In this document: positions 27,479 to 36,063 of the stretch, piece after piece
Layout: each line of letters starts with the position of its first letter
How positions within the stretch are numbered: the stretch's first letter is position 1
NCBI GenBank assembly: GCA_020348985.1
Contig: CP070761.1
Coordinates: forward strand, 1,764,591 to 1,828,590
Source: Candidatus Thorarchaeota archaeon
GTDB taxonomy: Archaea > Asgardarchaeota > Thorarchaeia > Thorarchaeales > Thorarchaeaceae
DNA length: 64,000 bases
Direction: 5' to 3'
Made by a program: the position numbers and the translations under genes
The notes under the pieces: model-generated
Told to the model about the DNA's origin: nothing
The model's input: only the letters and a program-made list of their open reading frames with translations
Databases searched by the model: none

Positions 27479-29644
27479 TTGGAGTTGTTTATGTCTTCAG
27501 TCGTTTTCCTATCAGTGGCTATCTTCTCAGGCCTTCTCTCGATTCTAGTCTCAGTTCTAACCTTTCGCAGGGTCATGAAGTACGATGAAGGCGATGACAA
27601 GATGAAGAGTGTGAGCGCTCTAATCGAAGACGGCGCATACTCATTCATCAGAATTCAATATAGAACGCTGCTGATCTTTATGGTCATTCTAGCCTTTCTG
27701 ATTGCGGTGTCCTTCGATTGGCTCGGAGTTCCGATAGCAATCTCGTATGTCCTTGGATCCCTCTCGAGCATGATTGCAGGATATGTCGGCATTATTGTCG
27801 CAACTAGGGCGAACAGAAGGACTGCATCGGCTGCCGCAGCAGGCGGTCTTAACCCTGCATTCAATGTAGCCTTTAGAGCTGGCTCAGTGATGGGTTTGAT
27901 GATTGCAGGACTTGCTCTCACAGGACTTGGTTCCCTCTATGTTGTTTGGGATTTTCTATTTCCGACCGGAAGTAGCATCGAGCTATGGGAGATTCTAACT
28001 GGGTTCTCTTTCGGGTCAAGTACAGTGTCCCTTTTTGCCAAGGCTGGAGGTGGCATTTACACGAAGACTGCTGATCTTGCCGCTGACATAGTTGGCAAAA
28101 TCGAGTATAATATCCCTGAAGATGATCCAAGAAATCCGGCGGCCATTGCTGACGCTGTCGGTGACAATGTCGGTGATGTTGCTGGCACTGGTGCAGACCT
28201 CTTTGATAGCAACATTGCAGCAATCCTAGCCGCAGCAATTCTTGGAGCCGCCATAGATGTTATGCTAGCAACCCCGCTGCCATTTGGTCTATTACCTCTC
28301 TTCATCGCAGCTTTGGGAACCCTTGCATCAGTCATAGGTGTGTTCTTTGTACGTGCTTCATGTGACGAGGATAGGGTCCCTTGCGAAGCAGACCCAGGTC
28401 CCGCGTTGAACAGAGGCACCTACCTGACAACAGTGCTTTTTGCCATAATCACACTAGTCGTCATCACTATTGTGGGAATAGACCTTGTTATTGCGATAGC
28501 AGCGATACTTGGCCTACTAACCGGTGTTATCATTGGTTTCACATCAGATGTTTTCACTAATGACAAGGGCTTGGGAGGATTCAGGCCAGTTCCCAACATG
28601 GTCGACTCAGCAGAGAAGAGCGCAGCCAATCTAATTCTATCAGGCTACTCGTACGGCCTTCTAAGTGCAGTTCCATCTGTTCTGATAATTGCCATTGCCT
28701 TGGTTGGTTCATTTACACTAGGATCATTGACAACCTCACCGGGGCTCGGCGGATGGCAAGGAGGATTATATCTCGTTGCAATTGCTGCAGTTGGTCTGCT
28801 TTCCACAAATGGTATGGTCATGAGTTCTGACACCTATGGCCCAATAGTTGACAATGCCAGAGGCGTAATCGAACAATCTGATGCAGCAAGGAATGCGATA
28901 ATCGTCGCCGACCGGCTGGATGCTAGCGGGAATACTGCGAAGGCGATTACAAAAGGATTCACTATTGGCGCCTCGGCAATATCAGTTCTCGCACTATTTG
29001 CTGCTTTCATTCAATCTGCCCGAGATTTTGTTGGAGCTGATATTGTCGTCAATTTCGCAGACCCATTCATTCTGTCTGGTGCCTTCATAGGAGCACTTGT
29101 TCCTACCGCCTTCTCTGCAATATTGATTCTTGGAGTAGGACGAAACTCAGAACGAATGATAGCCGAGATACGTCGACAATTTCACGAGGACCCTGGCATC
29201 CTCGAAGGAAACTCCAGTCCTGACTACGACCGATGCATTGGACTGGCCACATCAGGAGCTATCAGAGAGTTACTTCCTGGCACGGTCATTGCAGTCGTTG
29301 TCACTATATTGACAGGTGCTGTCTTGGGTTTGGAAGCACTTGCCGGTTACCTAGGAGGTGCTGTAATAGTTGGACTCATCATGGCACTCCTGATGGATAA
29401 TGCGGGTGGAGCTTGGGACAATGCAAAGAAGATTATCGAATCACCTGTATCACCCATCCCAAGTGACGACCCACGATACATAGAGTATCATAATAATGCA
29501 GTTCTAGGAGACATGGTTGGTGATCCATTCAAGGACACAGCGGGGCCCAGCATCAATACGCTTCTCAGTGTCATCTCACTTACGGCCATTCTGTTCCTAC
29601 CCCTGATTTGGGCAGCTCACGTCTGGTTGATTGGTCTATTATGA
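27479..29644 (+). CDS. hppA: Membrane H+-translocating pyrophosphatase (K+-independent signature)
   Basis: GGGIYTK.AD, PEDDPRNP, DNVGDVAG, DTYGPIVDNA, GNTAKA, GDPFKDTAGP. Confidence 0.95.
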   Translation: MELFMSSVVFLSVAIFSGLLSILVSVLTFRRVMKYDEGDDKMKSVSALIEDGAYSFIRIQYRTLLIFMVILAFLIAVSFDWLGVPIAISYVLGSLSSMIAGYVGIIVATRANRRTASAAAAGGLNPAFNVAFRAGSVMGLMIAGLALTGLGSLYVVWDFLFPTGSSIELWEILTGFSFGSSTVSLFAKAGGGIYTKTADLAADIVGKIEYNIPEDDPRNPAAIADAVGDNVGDVAGTGADLFDSNIAAILAAAILGAAIDVMLATPLPFGLLPLFIAALGTLASVIGVFFVRASCDEDRVPCEADPGPALNRGTYLTTVLFAIITLVVITIVGIDLVIAIAAILGLLTGVIIGFTSDVFTNDKGLGGFRPVPNMVDSAEKSAANLILSGYSYGLLSAVPSVLIIAIALVGSFTLGSLTTSPGLGGWQGGLYLVAIAAVGLLSTNGMVMSSDTYGPIVDNARGVIEQSDAARNAIIVADRLDASGNTAKAITKGFTIGASAISVLALFAAFIQSARDFVGADIVVNFADPFILSGAFIGALVPTAFSAILILGVGRNSERMIAEIRRQFHEDPGILEGNSSPDYDRCIGLATSGAIRELLPGTVIAVVVTILTGAVLGLEALAGYLGGAVIVGLIMALLMDNAGGAWDNAKKIIESPVSPIPSDDPRYIEYHNNAVLGDMVGDPFKDTAGPSINTLLSVISLTAILFLPLIWAAHVWLIGLL

Positions 29645-29719
29645 TACTGGACATCTCTGTCCAATCAGACGATTTATGGGGGGCCAATTTACAGAGCCAA
29701 ACCAGAGGTGGGAATCCCT

Positions 29720-30610
29720 ATGCCCCTTAGGTTTGGTATAGAATATCCCAGATTCGAAGACACCTTGCCACGCATCTTCACTGACGGTGTTCTAGACATC
29801 AGTCGACTCGATGCCGTTGAGATAATGAGAGAGAAGGTTGGACTTGGATACGAAGTAATAGAAGTCACACTGGATTTCGCTAGCATCCTCCCAACTGTTC
29901 TGACGCCAGAGTCTGTCCAGAAGCTCGCAGATCTGAAGGACGAATTGAAACACTCGTATACAGTGCATCTTCCCCTCTGGTCGGTCGAACCCGCTACTTT
30001 CAACGAAGAAGTTCGAAAAGGCAGCGTTGACAGCACTGTGAATGCCATTGAGTTAGCCGAACCATTGGATCCAGAGACATACGTACTTCACGCAACCGGT
30101 TCCCTTGGCGCCGAATTCTCACGCCTGAATTTTTCACCGGATGCCGTTGACTTGATCTGCATGTACATGACGACATATGCTTCAACCAGTCTGGAGGAGA
30201 TAATAGCAAAGTCAGAGATTGACACGAAGAAACTGGCACTGGAGAATGTGGAGTTTCCATTCAGATTCACGAGGGAGCTAGCCGACGAATATGACACGGG
30301 CATTTGCTTTGATACAGGTCATCTAATGGCGAGGTACTCAGGTGACGAGTCCCTTTCGGAATTCTACAAAACACACAAGGATAGAATCATTGAGATACAT
30401 CTACAAGATGGCTTCTACGGAGTAAAGAATGATGCAATAGTAAAGGATGATCACATACCAATAGGACGGGGTCAAATGCCGGTCAGAGAGTTTATGATGG
30501 AACTTGTGAAAGACAGATTCAAGAAGCCGGTAGTATTCGAGCTCACTGCCACGGAAGCAGAAGAGTCCAAGCAACACCTCAGGGAAGTTGTTCCCGAGGT
30601 TTTCGCCTAA
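29720..30610 (+). CDS. TIM-barrel metalloenzyme (AP endonuclease 2/xylose isomerase-like, CbiR-like)
   Basis: VHLP, LEN, FDTGH, EIHLQD, DH...G.G, VFE. Confidence 0.75.
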   Translation: MPLRFGIEYPRFEDTLPRIFTDGVLDISRLDAVEIMREKVGLGYEVIEVTLDFASILPTVLTPESVQKLADLKDELKHSYTVHLPLWSVEPATFNEEVRKGSVDSTVNAIELAEPLDPETYVLHATGSLGAEFSRLNFSPDAVDLICMYMTTYASTSLEEIIAKSEIDTKKLALENVEFPFRFTRELADEYDTGICFDTGHLMARYSGDESLSEFYKTHKDRIIEIHLQDGFYGVKNDAIVKDDHIPIGRGQMPVREFMMELVKDRFKKPVVFELTATEAEESKQHLREVVPEVFA

Positions 30611-30667
30611 GCCAAGATTTCTTGTCACAATCTTTTTATCCGGACCAAGCGTGCACCTTCCGTGCAT

Positions 30668-30771
30668 GGGCCTGTGGCATAGCCTGGAAAAACCACGTGA
30701 TGGTTTTGGGATCTTATTGCGCCGCTCTGATAAGGCGGATGTCGGGTGTTCAAATCACCCCAGGCCCACCA
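30668..30771 (+). tRNA. tRNA-Ile(GAU) with D-loop intron (30688-30713, 26 nt)
   Basis: GGGCCTG/CAGGCCC-A-CCA; CCGCT-CT GAT AA-GGCGG; GGGTG-TTCAAAT-CACCC; intron hairpin AAAACCA/TGGTTTT with bulges GGA and TCT. Confidence 0.9.
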
Positions 30772-31057
30772 TAATTCTTTCGAATCAACGTAGCCATGTT
30801 CCTAGGACTGTCTGATTCGGAAGCCCTCTTGCCGTAGTATGCGAAACACACTCATCTTCGCTTTCGTTCTCTGCCGTCTACTAAATTCATTCTAGTCTCC
30901 CGTTCCACTGAGGCTCAATGGCACCCCTCGTGGTCCGACATATGGCTGATCTTCTATGGTAGGCTTTGGAATTGTGATAGAGACAGAGCAAAACATGAAA
31001 ACTCACTTAAGCAGTCGAGAGGGATTTTGCCCTAGACTCGGTCTTGAGTGATGAGCT

Positions 31058-31762
31058 TTGGGTCTAGGCAGAGATGAAGCCACAAACGCGAATGTAGCAA
31101 AGAAGTATACACCTGCGATAGTTGGCCTTGTTATGTTTGCTGTTGCGCTTCTAGGTCCTGCGGGCATAGCAATAGCTGGCTCCAGAGAGATTCTCGTCGA
31201 CATCCTAGCCATGTCATGGCATTGGAACATCAGGGGCGGACTCATAATATATACACCATTCATGTGGTTTCAGACTCTTCCTATCAATGGCTTCAGATTC
31301 TGGCTTGCCTTCGAATTACTCAGGCACTACCAACGAAGGGTCACATTTCGGCGTGTGAAATGGGCGGCTGTTGCGAGTGAGGCGCCATATATTCTTATGA
31401 CCATCTTCTACATGATTATGTTCTTTCGATTATCACCCTCCTTTTACATTGCTATTGTTGGGCCATCTCTGGTGCTTCCATTCACTGGATGGGTCTTGAT
31501 GAAGGTAAAACCACCTCCTCGGGAACCAGAGATTTGGGATGGGCTTCCGGACACAGACTCTTGGTGGGACCAAACCAGAGACCCCCCTCTGAACGAGGCT
31601 CCTCAAGATATTTCCGCAGATAAGGCGGATGTCGGGTGTTCAAATCACCCCAGGCCCACCACTCAGTTTCTGACTGGTTCTCCTTCTATCAATGCCACTA
31701 GAAACCCAGGAGCGATTCCCTCTTGGCCACTGAATCGAGCATTCCTCCGCCATCAACATTGA
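31058..31762 (+). CDS. Multi-pass membrane hypothetical protein whose 3' end reads through a tRNA fragment
   Basis: About 4-5 hydrophobic segments and a PPP...W......WW tail; later residues are encoded by the tRNA-Ile repeat and overlap the SDR gene. Confidence 0.6.
   Translation: MGLGRDEATNANVAKKYTPAIVGLVMFAVALLGPAGIAIAGSREILVDILAMSWHWNIRGGLIIYTPFMWFQTLPINGFRFWLAFELLRHYQRRVTFRRVKWAAVASEAPYILMTIFYMIMFFRLSPSFYIAIVGPSLVLPFTGWVLMKVKPPPREPEIWDGLPDTDSWWDQTRDPPLNEAPQDISADKADVGCSNHPRPTTQFLTGSPSINATRNPGAIPSWPLNRAFLRHQH
31619..31661 (+). repeat. Exact 43-bp direct repeat of the tRNA-Ile 3' half (att-like)
   Basis: GATAAGGCGGATGTCGGGTGTTCAAATCACCCCAGGCCCACCA is identical to 30729-30771. Confidence 0.95.
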
Positions 31763-32504
31763 TCACTTCACCAACAATGTAGCTTGCAGCATCCGAGGCC
31801 AAGAACAGAATAGTCTCCGCGATATCCTCAGGTTCCCCGACTCGCTTCAGAGGCACTTCTACCTCAACATAGCGCGCAACTTTCTCAAGTGTCCATCCAG
31901 TGGCCTGTTCTGCCATTTCCTCAGGCTCCCATGTCCTAATCAGTCCCGGAGTGATACAGTTCACGTTGATACCGAAGGGAGCTAGGTCTCCTGCGAGACC
32001 TTTCGTCAAACCAATCATGCCTGCCTTACTGGCTGGGTATTGGACGCCAGATGACAGACTGCCATTAATCCCAGCGCCACTTGAAATGTTGATTATCTTG
32101 CCCGACTTCTGTGGAATCATCTTCTCGGCTACGGCCTTTGAACAATTGAAAGCTCCTGTCAAATTCACTGCAATTACTCGATCCCAAGTCTCTTGAGCTG
32201 TTTCGGTCACAATTGCATACCCTCCAGAAACATAGGCATTGTTCACAAGCACGTCGATGCGCCCGAATGTGCCGAACACCCGTTGAACCATGGCATCTAC
32301 TGCATCCTTGTTGGACACATCTACCGTGAAAGCTGTTGCCTTGAGGTCTTCAGCCTTGATTTCGGCTGCAACTTTCTCTGCTCCTTCGCCGTTGATGTCT
32401 ACAATAACTGCGGTTGCTCCTCTTCTTGCAAACATCCACGCAGTTGTCTCGCCAATTCCACGAGCTGCACCAGTTACAATTGCCACTTTGCCTGTAAAAT
32501 CCAA
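31698..32504 (-). CDS. Short-chain dehydrogenase/reductase (FabG-like)
   Basis: TGAARGIG, NNA, YPASK, PG. Confidence 0.92.
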   Translation of the reverse strand: MDFTGKVAIVTGAARGIGETTAWMFARRGATAVIVDINGEGAEKVAAEIKAEDLKATAFTVDVSNKDAVDAMVQRVFGTFGRIDVLVNNAYVSGGYAIVTETAQETWDRVIAVNLTGAFNCSKAVAEKMIPQKSGKIINISSGAGINGSLSSGVQYPASKAGMIGLTKGLAGDLAPFGINVNCITPGLIRTWEPEEMAEQATGWTLEKVARYVEVEVPLKRVGEPEDIAETILFLASDAASYIVGEVINVDGGGMLDSVAKRESLLGF

Positions 32505-32675
32505 CTCTCTGTCTCCTTGTCTTTTCGTATAGGTGCCACAATCCGCTATTAGAAAATAACTCCCTGTCCAGACTTCTCAGATATCCAATCCATTTCGATA
32601 GATACGAAGGTTGCTCAGCTTGCGGCGAGTGAGAAAAACCCGGCAAAGAGACGCAGACTAGCTCCTACTATCCAA

Positions 32676-33182
32676 ATGCTAATCTGCGGAAGTGACAGAG
32701 CCTCTCCGAAGAGAATGCCCGCGGATGAACACAAGAACGGTTCTAGTTTCGGTGACTTGGCCAGCAAGCTCGAGTCTGCCATGACCGAAGGCACTTCCGA
32801 TTCTTTAGCAAATGGTCAGTTGAATGATCTTAGTGATCCTGAGTTCATGGAAGAGGTTAGAAAGGCAAAAACTGCGATTGTCATGTTCTATCGCACCATG
32901 TGCCCTTACTGCAAACAACTTGAGCCATTGCTAAGAGACCTTGCTAAGGACTATGAATCAAAGGTCTACTTCGCACGTGTCAATGTTGATGTTGTCACAG
33001 GTGCAAGAAGCGAATTCAGGATTCTGGGCGTACCAGTCACTGCAGCTTTCAAGAAGGGCACTCTCGCGGCGAGAGTTGACGGACTGAAGGGAACAGATGA
33101 TTTCGGCTCCTGGGTGGAGAGCATTCACATGGGAATCAAACCCATGTCCATGGATAGGGGTCCAACTTCTGAGATCTCATGA
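32676..33182 (+). CDS. Thioredoxin-family protein
   Basis: CPYC and cis-Pro GVP; true start may be ATG 32715. Confidence 0.85.
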   Translation: MLICGSDRASPKRMPADEHKNGSSFGDLASKLESAMTEGTSDSLANGQLNDLSDPEFMEEVRKAKTAIVMFYRTMCPYCKQLEPLLRDLAKDYESKVYFARVNVDVVTGARSEFRILGVPVTAAFKKGTLAARVDGLKGTDDFGSWVESIHMGIKPMSMDRGPTSEIS

Positions 33183-33258
33183 TTCTCAGACCCCTCGCGG
33201 CATTGATGAACATCTTTAATTGTTGTCTGCAAAGCGACCGGTTGAGGTCAGAGTCCAG

Positions 33259-34080
33259 ATGGATGAAGGCAATCGAACAGGACTCGTGAGCCTAGACGAT
33301 GTTGACAACGATATGGCTCGCAAGAGAATGGAAGGACTGCTGAAGGAATCCCATGTTCTTGGCATCATGGTCTGGGGCAGCAAAGCTACAGGATTTGGAA
33401 CCCCCGACACAGACTGGGACGCACTCATCTATGTTACCGATTCCTACTATGAATCACTTGACATAATGGACACCATCTGGCTCGAGTATGACGAATCCGT
33501 CGAACCGAAGAAGCTAGTCATCGATTTCTCGCCGATTTCGGATGCATGGTTCGAGCAGCAATTAGAGTCTCCTTTGGATATTGACCACTTCCCGTATGTA
33601 GAAGGAGTTGTTCTGTATGACCCCACAGGCCAACTAGAAGACTGGAGACAGAGGCTTGCTAGATATCCAGAGGAAGAGCACCTTGATCGACTCAAGAATA
33701 AGTACTTCCTAATGCGTGGGTCTTTTGGTGCCGGTCTCGTTGATGACAAGAGAGGTTTCGACATCGATGCAAGGCTAAACCTCTATCGTTCTGTTATTGC
33801 AGGTGTCAATCTCTGGTTTACTATCAAGAAATCTTGGACCCCGCCTCTCAAATGGTGGTCACGTTGGGCAAAGAGAATGGGAATGACAGATCAAACGTAT
33901 GAGAAATTCTGTACTGCGATTCAAGATACTACCGTTGACAATGTAAGAGATCTAATGACCCATCTGACTGAGATGATTGTAGCTGAGGGATTTGACTTCC
34001 CAAACGACGCGTTGAAGACGTTCTTAGAAACGATTCATACCGAAGGGCGCCCTGCACAAATCAGGCATTCCTACATGTGA
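33259..34080 (+). CDS. Nucleotidyltransferase-domain protein (Pol-beta superfamily, DUF4037-like tail)
   Basis: WGSKATG...DTDWD motif followed by a helical domain; start uncertain. Confidence 0.7.
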   Translation: MDEGNRTGLVSLDDVDNDMARKRMEGLLKESHVLGIMVWGSKATGFGTPDTDWDALIYVTDSYYESLDIMDTIWLEYDESVEPKKLVIDFSPISDAWFEQQLESPLDIDHFPYVEGVVLYDPTGQLEDWRQRLARYPEEEHLDRLKNKYFLMRGSFGAGLVDDKRGFDIDARLNLYRSVIAGVNLWFTIKKSWTPPLKWWSRWAKRMGMTDQTYEKFCTAIQDTTVDNVRDLMTHLTEMIVAEGFDFPNDALKTFLETIHTEGRPAQIRHSYM

Positions 34081-34091
34081 GCAGATTCGAC

Positions 34092-35981
34092 TCACAAATG
34101 AAGGATGAATGTGTACTGGTCATCCTCCATGCTCAATTTGCTCTCAATCACCTTGCCAGTGCGATGCAGGAAGTTGATCATCGGCACGTTCTTGGGGTGG
34201 ACGTGTGCTACGAAAGCTCCTACCCCTTTGCTTTTTGCGATCCGCATCAAGTGTCCGAGCAGGTACGTACCTATGCCAATATTCTGATAGCCATCTTGTA
34301 CCAGCAGGGCGAATTCTGCTCTGTTTGTGCTCCTGTGAAGTAGATATCTTCCAGCAGCCACAATCCTTTCACAATCCTCTTCTTCTTTGATTACGCCAAC
34401 AACTGAGATGTCTGATTCTTGATCTACGTAATAGAAATCCTGCAAGGTCTGCCTACGCAGCGCCTTCAGTGGAGTCAAGAACCTGAAGAAAATGGAGTCT
34501 TCACTAAGTCCATAGAAGAGGTCCTTCACTCGGTCGGTGTCGTCTGGACGAATCAGTCGAAATTCAACTGCAAATTGTCCTTCTGGACCTTCAAACGATT
34601 CCTGGACCTCATATTCAGTTGGGAAGTAGGTTCCTCTAGCCAAGAATGGGACCTGATCTTCGAACACATAGTGCAGGATTTTCGCGGCTTCAAGCAATTC
34701 GTTTCTGTAATCTGGATGAGCAATCGCAATCAGTGACAGTACCCTCTCACGGATTGTCCTACCTCTTAGAGTCGCCATTCCATATTCGGTGATTACTACG
34801 TCTACGTCTCCTCTTGTTGTCACAACACCTGCGCCTTCACTCAGTCTTGGAACAATCCGCGAAACTGTTCCATCAAGTGCAGTAGACTTTAAGCAAATAA
34901 TGGCCTTCCCGCCCTCTGATCTTGCTGCGCCACGAATGAAATCTACTTGTCCACCAATTCCACTATAGAACCTGTGACCAATTGAGTCGGCACACACTTG
35001 TCCGGTCAAATCCACTTCTAATGCAGAGTTGATTGCAATCATCTTTGTGTTCTGTGAGATTATGTATGGGTCGTTCACATACGCTGTATCCCTGAATTCG
35101 AACATTGGATTGTTCTTAACGTAGTCGTAAAGCCTCTTTGTACCCATGGCGAAACTCGTTGTCACCTTACCAATGTTGATGGACTTCTTCTTGTTTGTTA
35201 CAATCCCGTTCTCGATCAGATCTATCACACTATCGCTGAACATCTCGGTATGAATCCCTAGGTCACAAAGCTCTGACTCTAAGAGACTGTTTGTCACTGC
35301 CTGCGCCAGAGTTCCAATTCCCAGCTCCAGGGTGGATTCATTCTCTATCAGTCTTGCCGCGTAGCTTCCAATCAGCTTGGTCCTCTCGCTAACGTCAGGA
35401 CATTCGAACTCGAGAAGCGGTTCATTGTGTAAGACCAGAAAATCAAGGTCTCGTACATTCACATAGGAATCTCCCTGAGTTACGGGCATGCGTTCATTTA
35501 CTTGAGCAATGACCATGTCTGCACTCTCTGCCGCACTCTTGGTGATATCGACAGAGATGCCAAGGGAACAGTAACCATACTCATCCGGTGGGCTGACTTG
35601 AATGAGTGCCACATCAAGTGGTATTCTACGTTTCCTGAAGAAAACAGGAACATCAGATAAAGGGGCCGGGGTGTAATCTGCTCTGCCTTGAGCTACGGCC
35701 TCGCGTATATTGTCAGAGACGAAGAAGGTGTTATGTCTGAACTGAGTCTGGAACTCTGACTCAGCTGATGGCGTATTCCCAAGAGTCAACATGTGGACAA
35801 TCTCATTGTCGGCCATCTGGTCTGCTTGCTTTGCCAGTTCGTCTACAAGATGCTGGGGGACACCACACCCAGTTCCCAAGAATATCCGAGTACCACGCTT
35901 GATCTTTCGTATTGCATCCGGTGCACTCAGTATCTTGTTCTTGTGTTTCTCAGTCCATTCTGCTGAGGCCATCCAAGCCAC
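34092..35981 (-). CDS. Acetyl-CoA hydrolase/CoA-transferase fused to a C-terminal Pat-type GNAT domain (copy 1)
   Basis: GIHTEMFSD, SGIGGQVDF, VITEYG; then RPDD...LSEDSIFFRF and AEFALLVQD.YQ..GIG. Confidence 0.9.
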   Translation of the reverse strand: MAWMASAEWTEKHKNKILSAPDAIRKIKRGTRIFLGTGCGVPQHLVDELAKQADQMADNEIVHMLTLGNTPSAESEFQTQFRHNTFFVSDNIREAVAQGRADYTPAPLSDVPVFFRKRRIPLDVALIQVSPPDEYGYCSLGISVDITKSAAESADMVIAQVNERMPVTQGDSYVNVRDLDFLVLHNEPLLEFECPDVSERTKLIGSYAARLIENESTLELGIGTLAQAVTNSLLESELCDLGIHTEMFSDSVIDLIENGIVTNKKKSINIGKVTTSFAMGTKRLYDYVKNNPMFEFRDTAYVNDPYIISQNTKMIAINSALEVDLTGQVCADSIGHRFYSGIGGQVDFIRGAARSEGGKAIICLKSTALDGTVSRIVPRLSEGAGVVTTRGDVDVVITEYGMATLRGRTIRERVLSLIAIAHPDYRNELLEAAKILHYVFEDQVPFLARGTYFPTEYEVQESFEGPEGQFAVEFRLIRPDDTDRVKDLFYGLSEDSIFFRFLTPLKALRRQTLQDFYYVDQESDISVVGVIKEEEDCERIVAAGRYLLHRSTNRAEFALLVQDGYQNIGIGTYLLGHLMRIAKSKGVGAFVAHVHPKNVPMINFLHRTGKVIESKLSMEDDQYTFILHL

Positions 35982-36063
35982 CCAAAGACAACGAATTCAC
36001 GTCGGCCCATCAACCATATAGACGTTTCCGAGCAAGGATGAACGGAATTCAGCAGAATGTCAA

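Noticed and set aside
30772-31057. Possible integrase remnant inside the tRNA-Ile cassette
   Set aside because: Only short frames were found, with no recognisable tyrosine recombinase R-H-R-Y motifs.
31619-31661. 3' half of a trans-spliced split tRNA
   Set aside because: It starts at position 34 rather than a splice position, no complementary leader to a separate 5' half is visible, and a complete tRNA-Ile gene lies 890 bp upstream. An att-like repeat explains it better.
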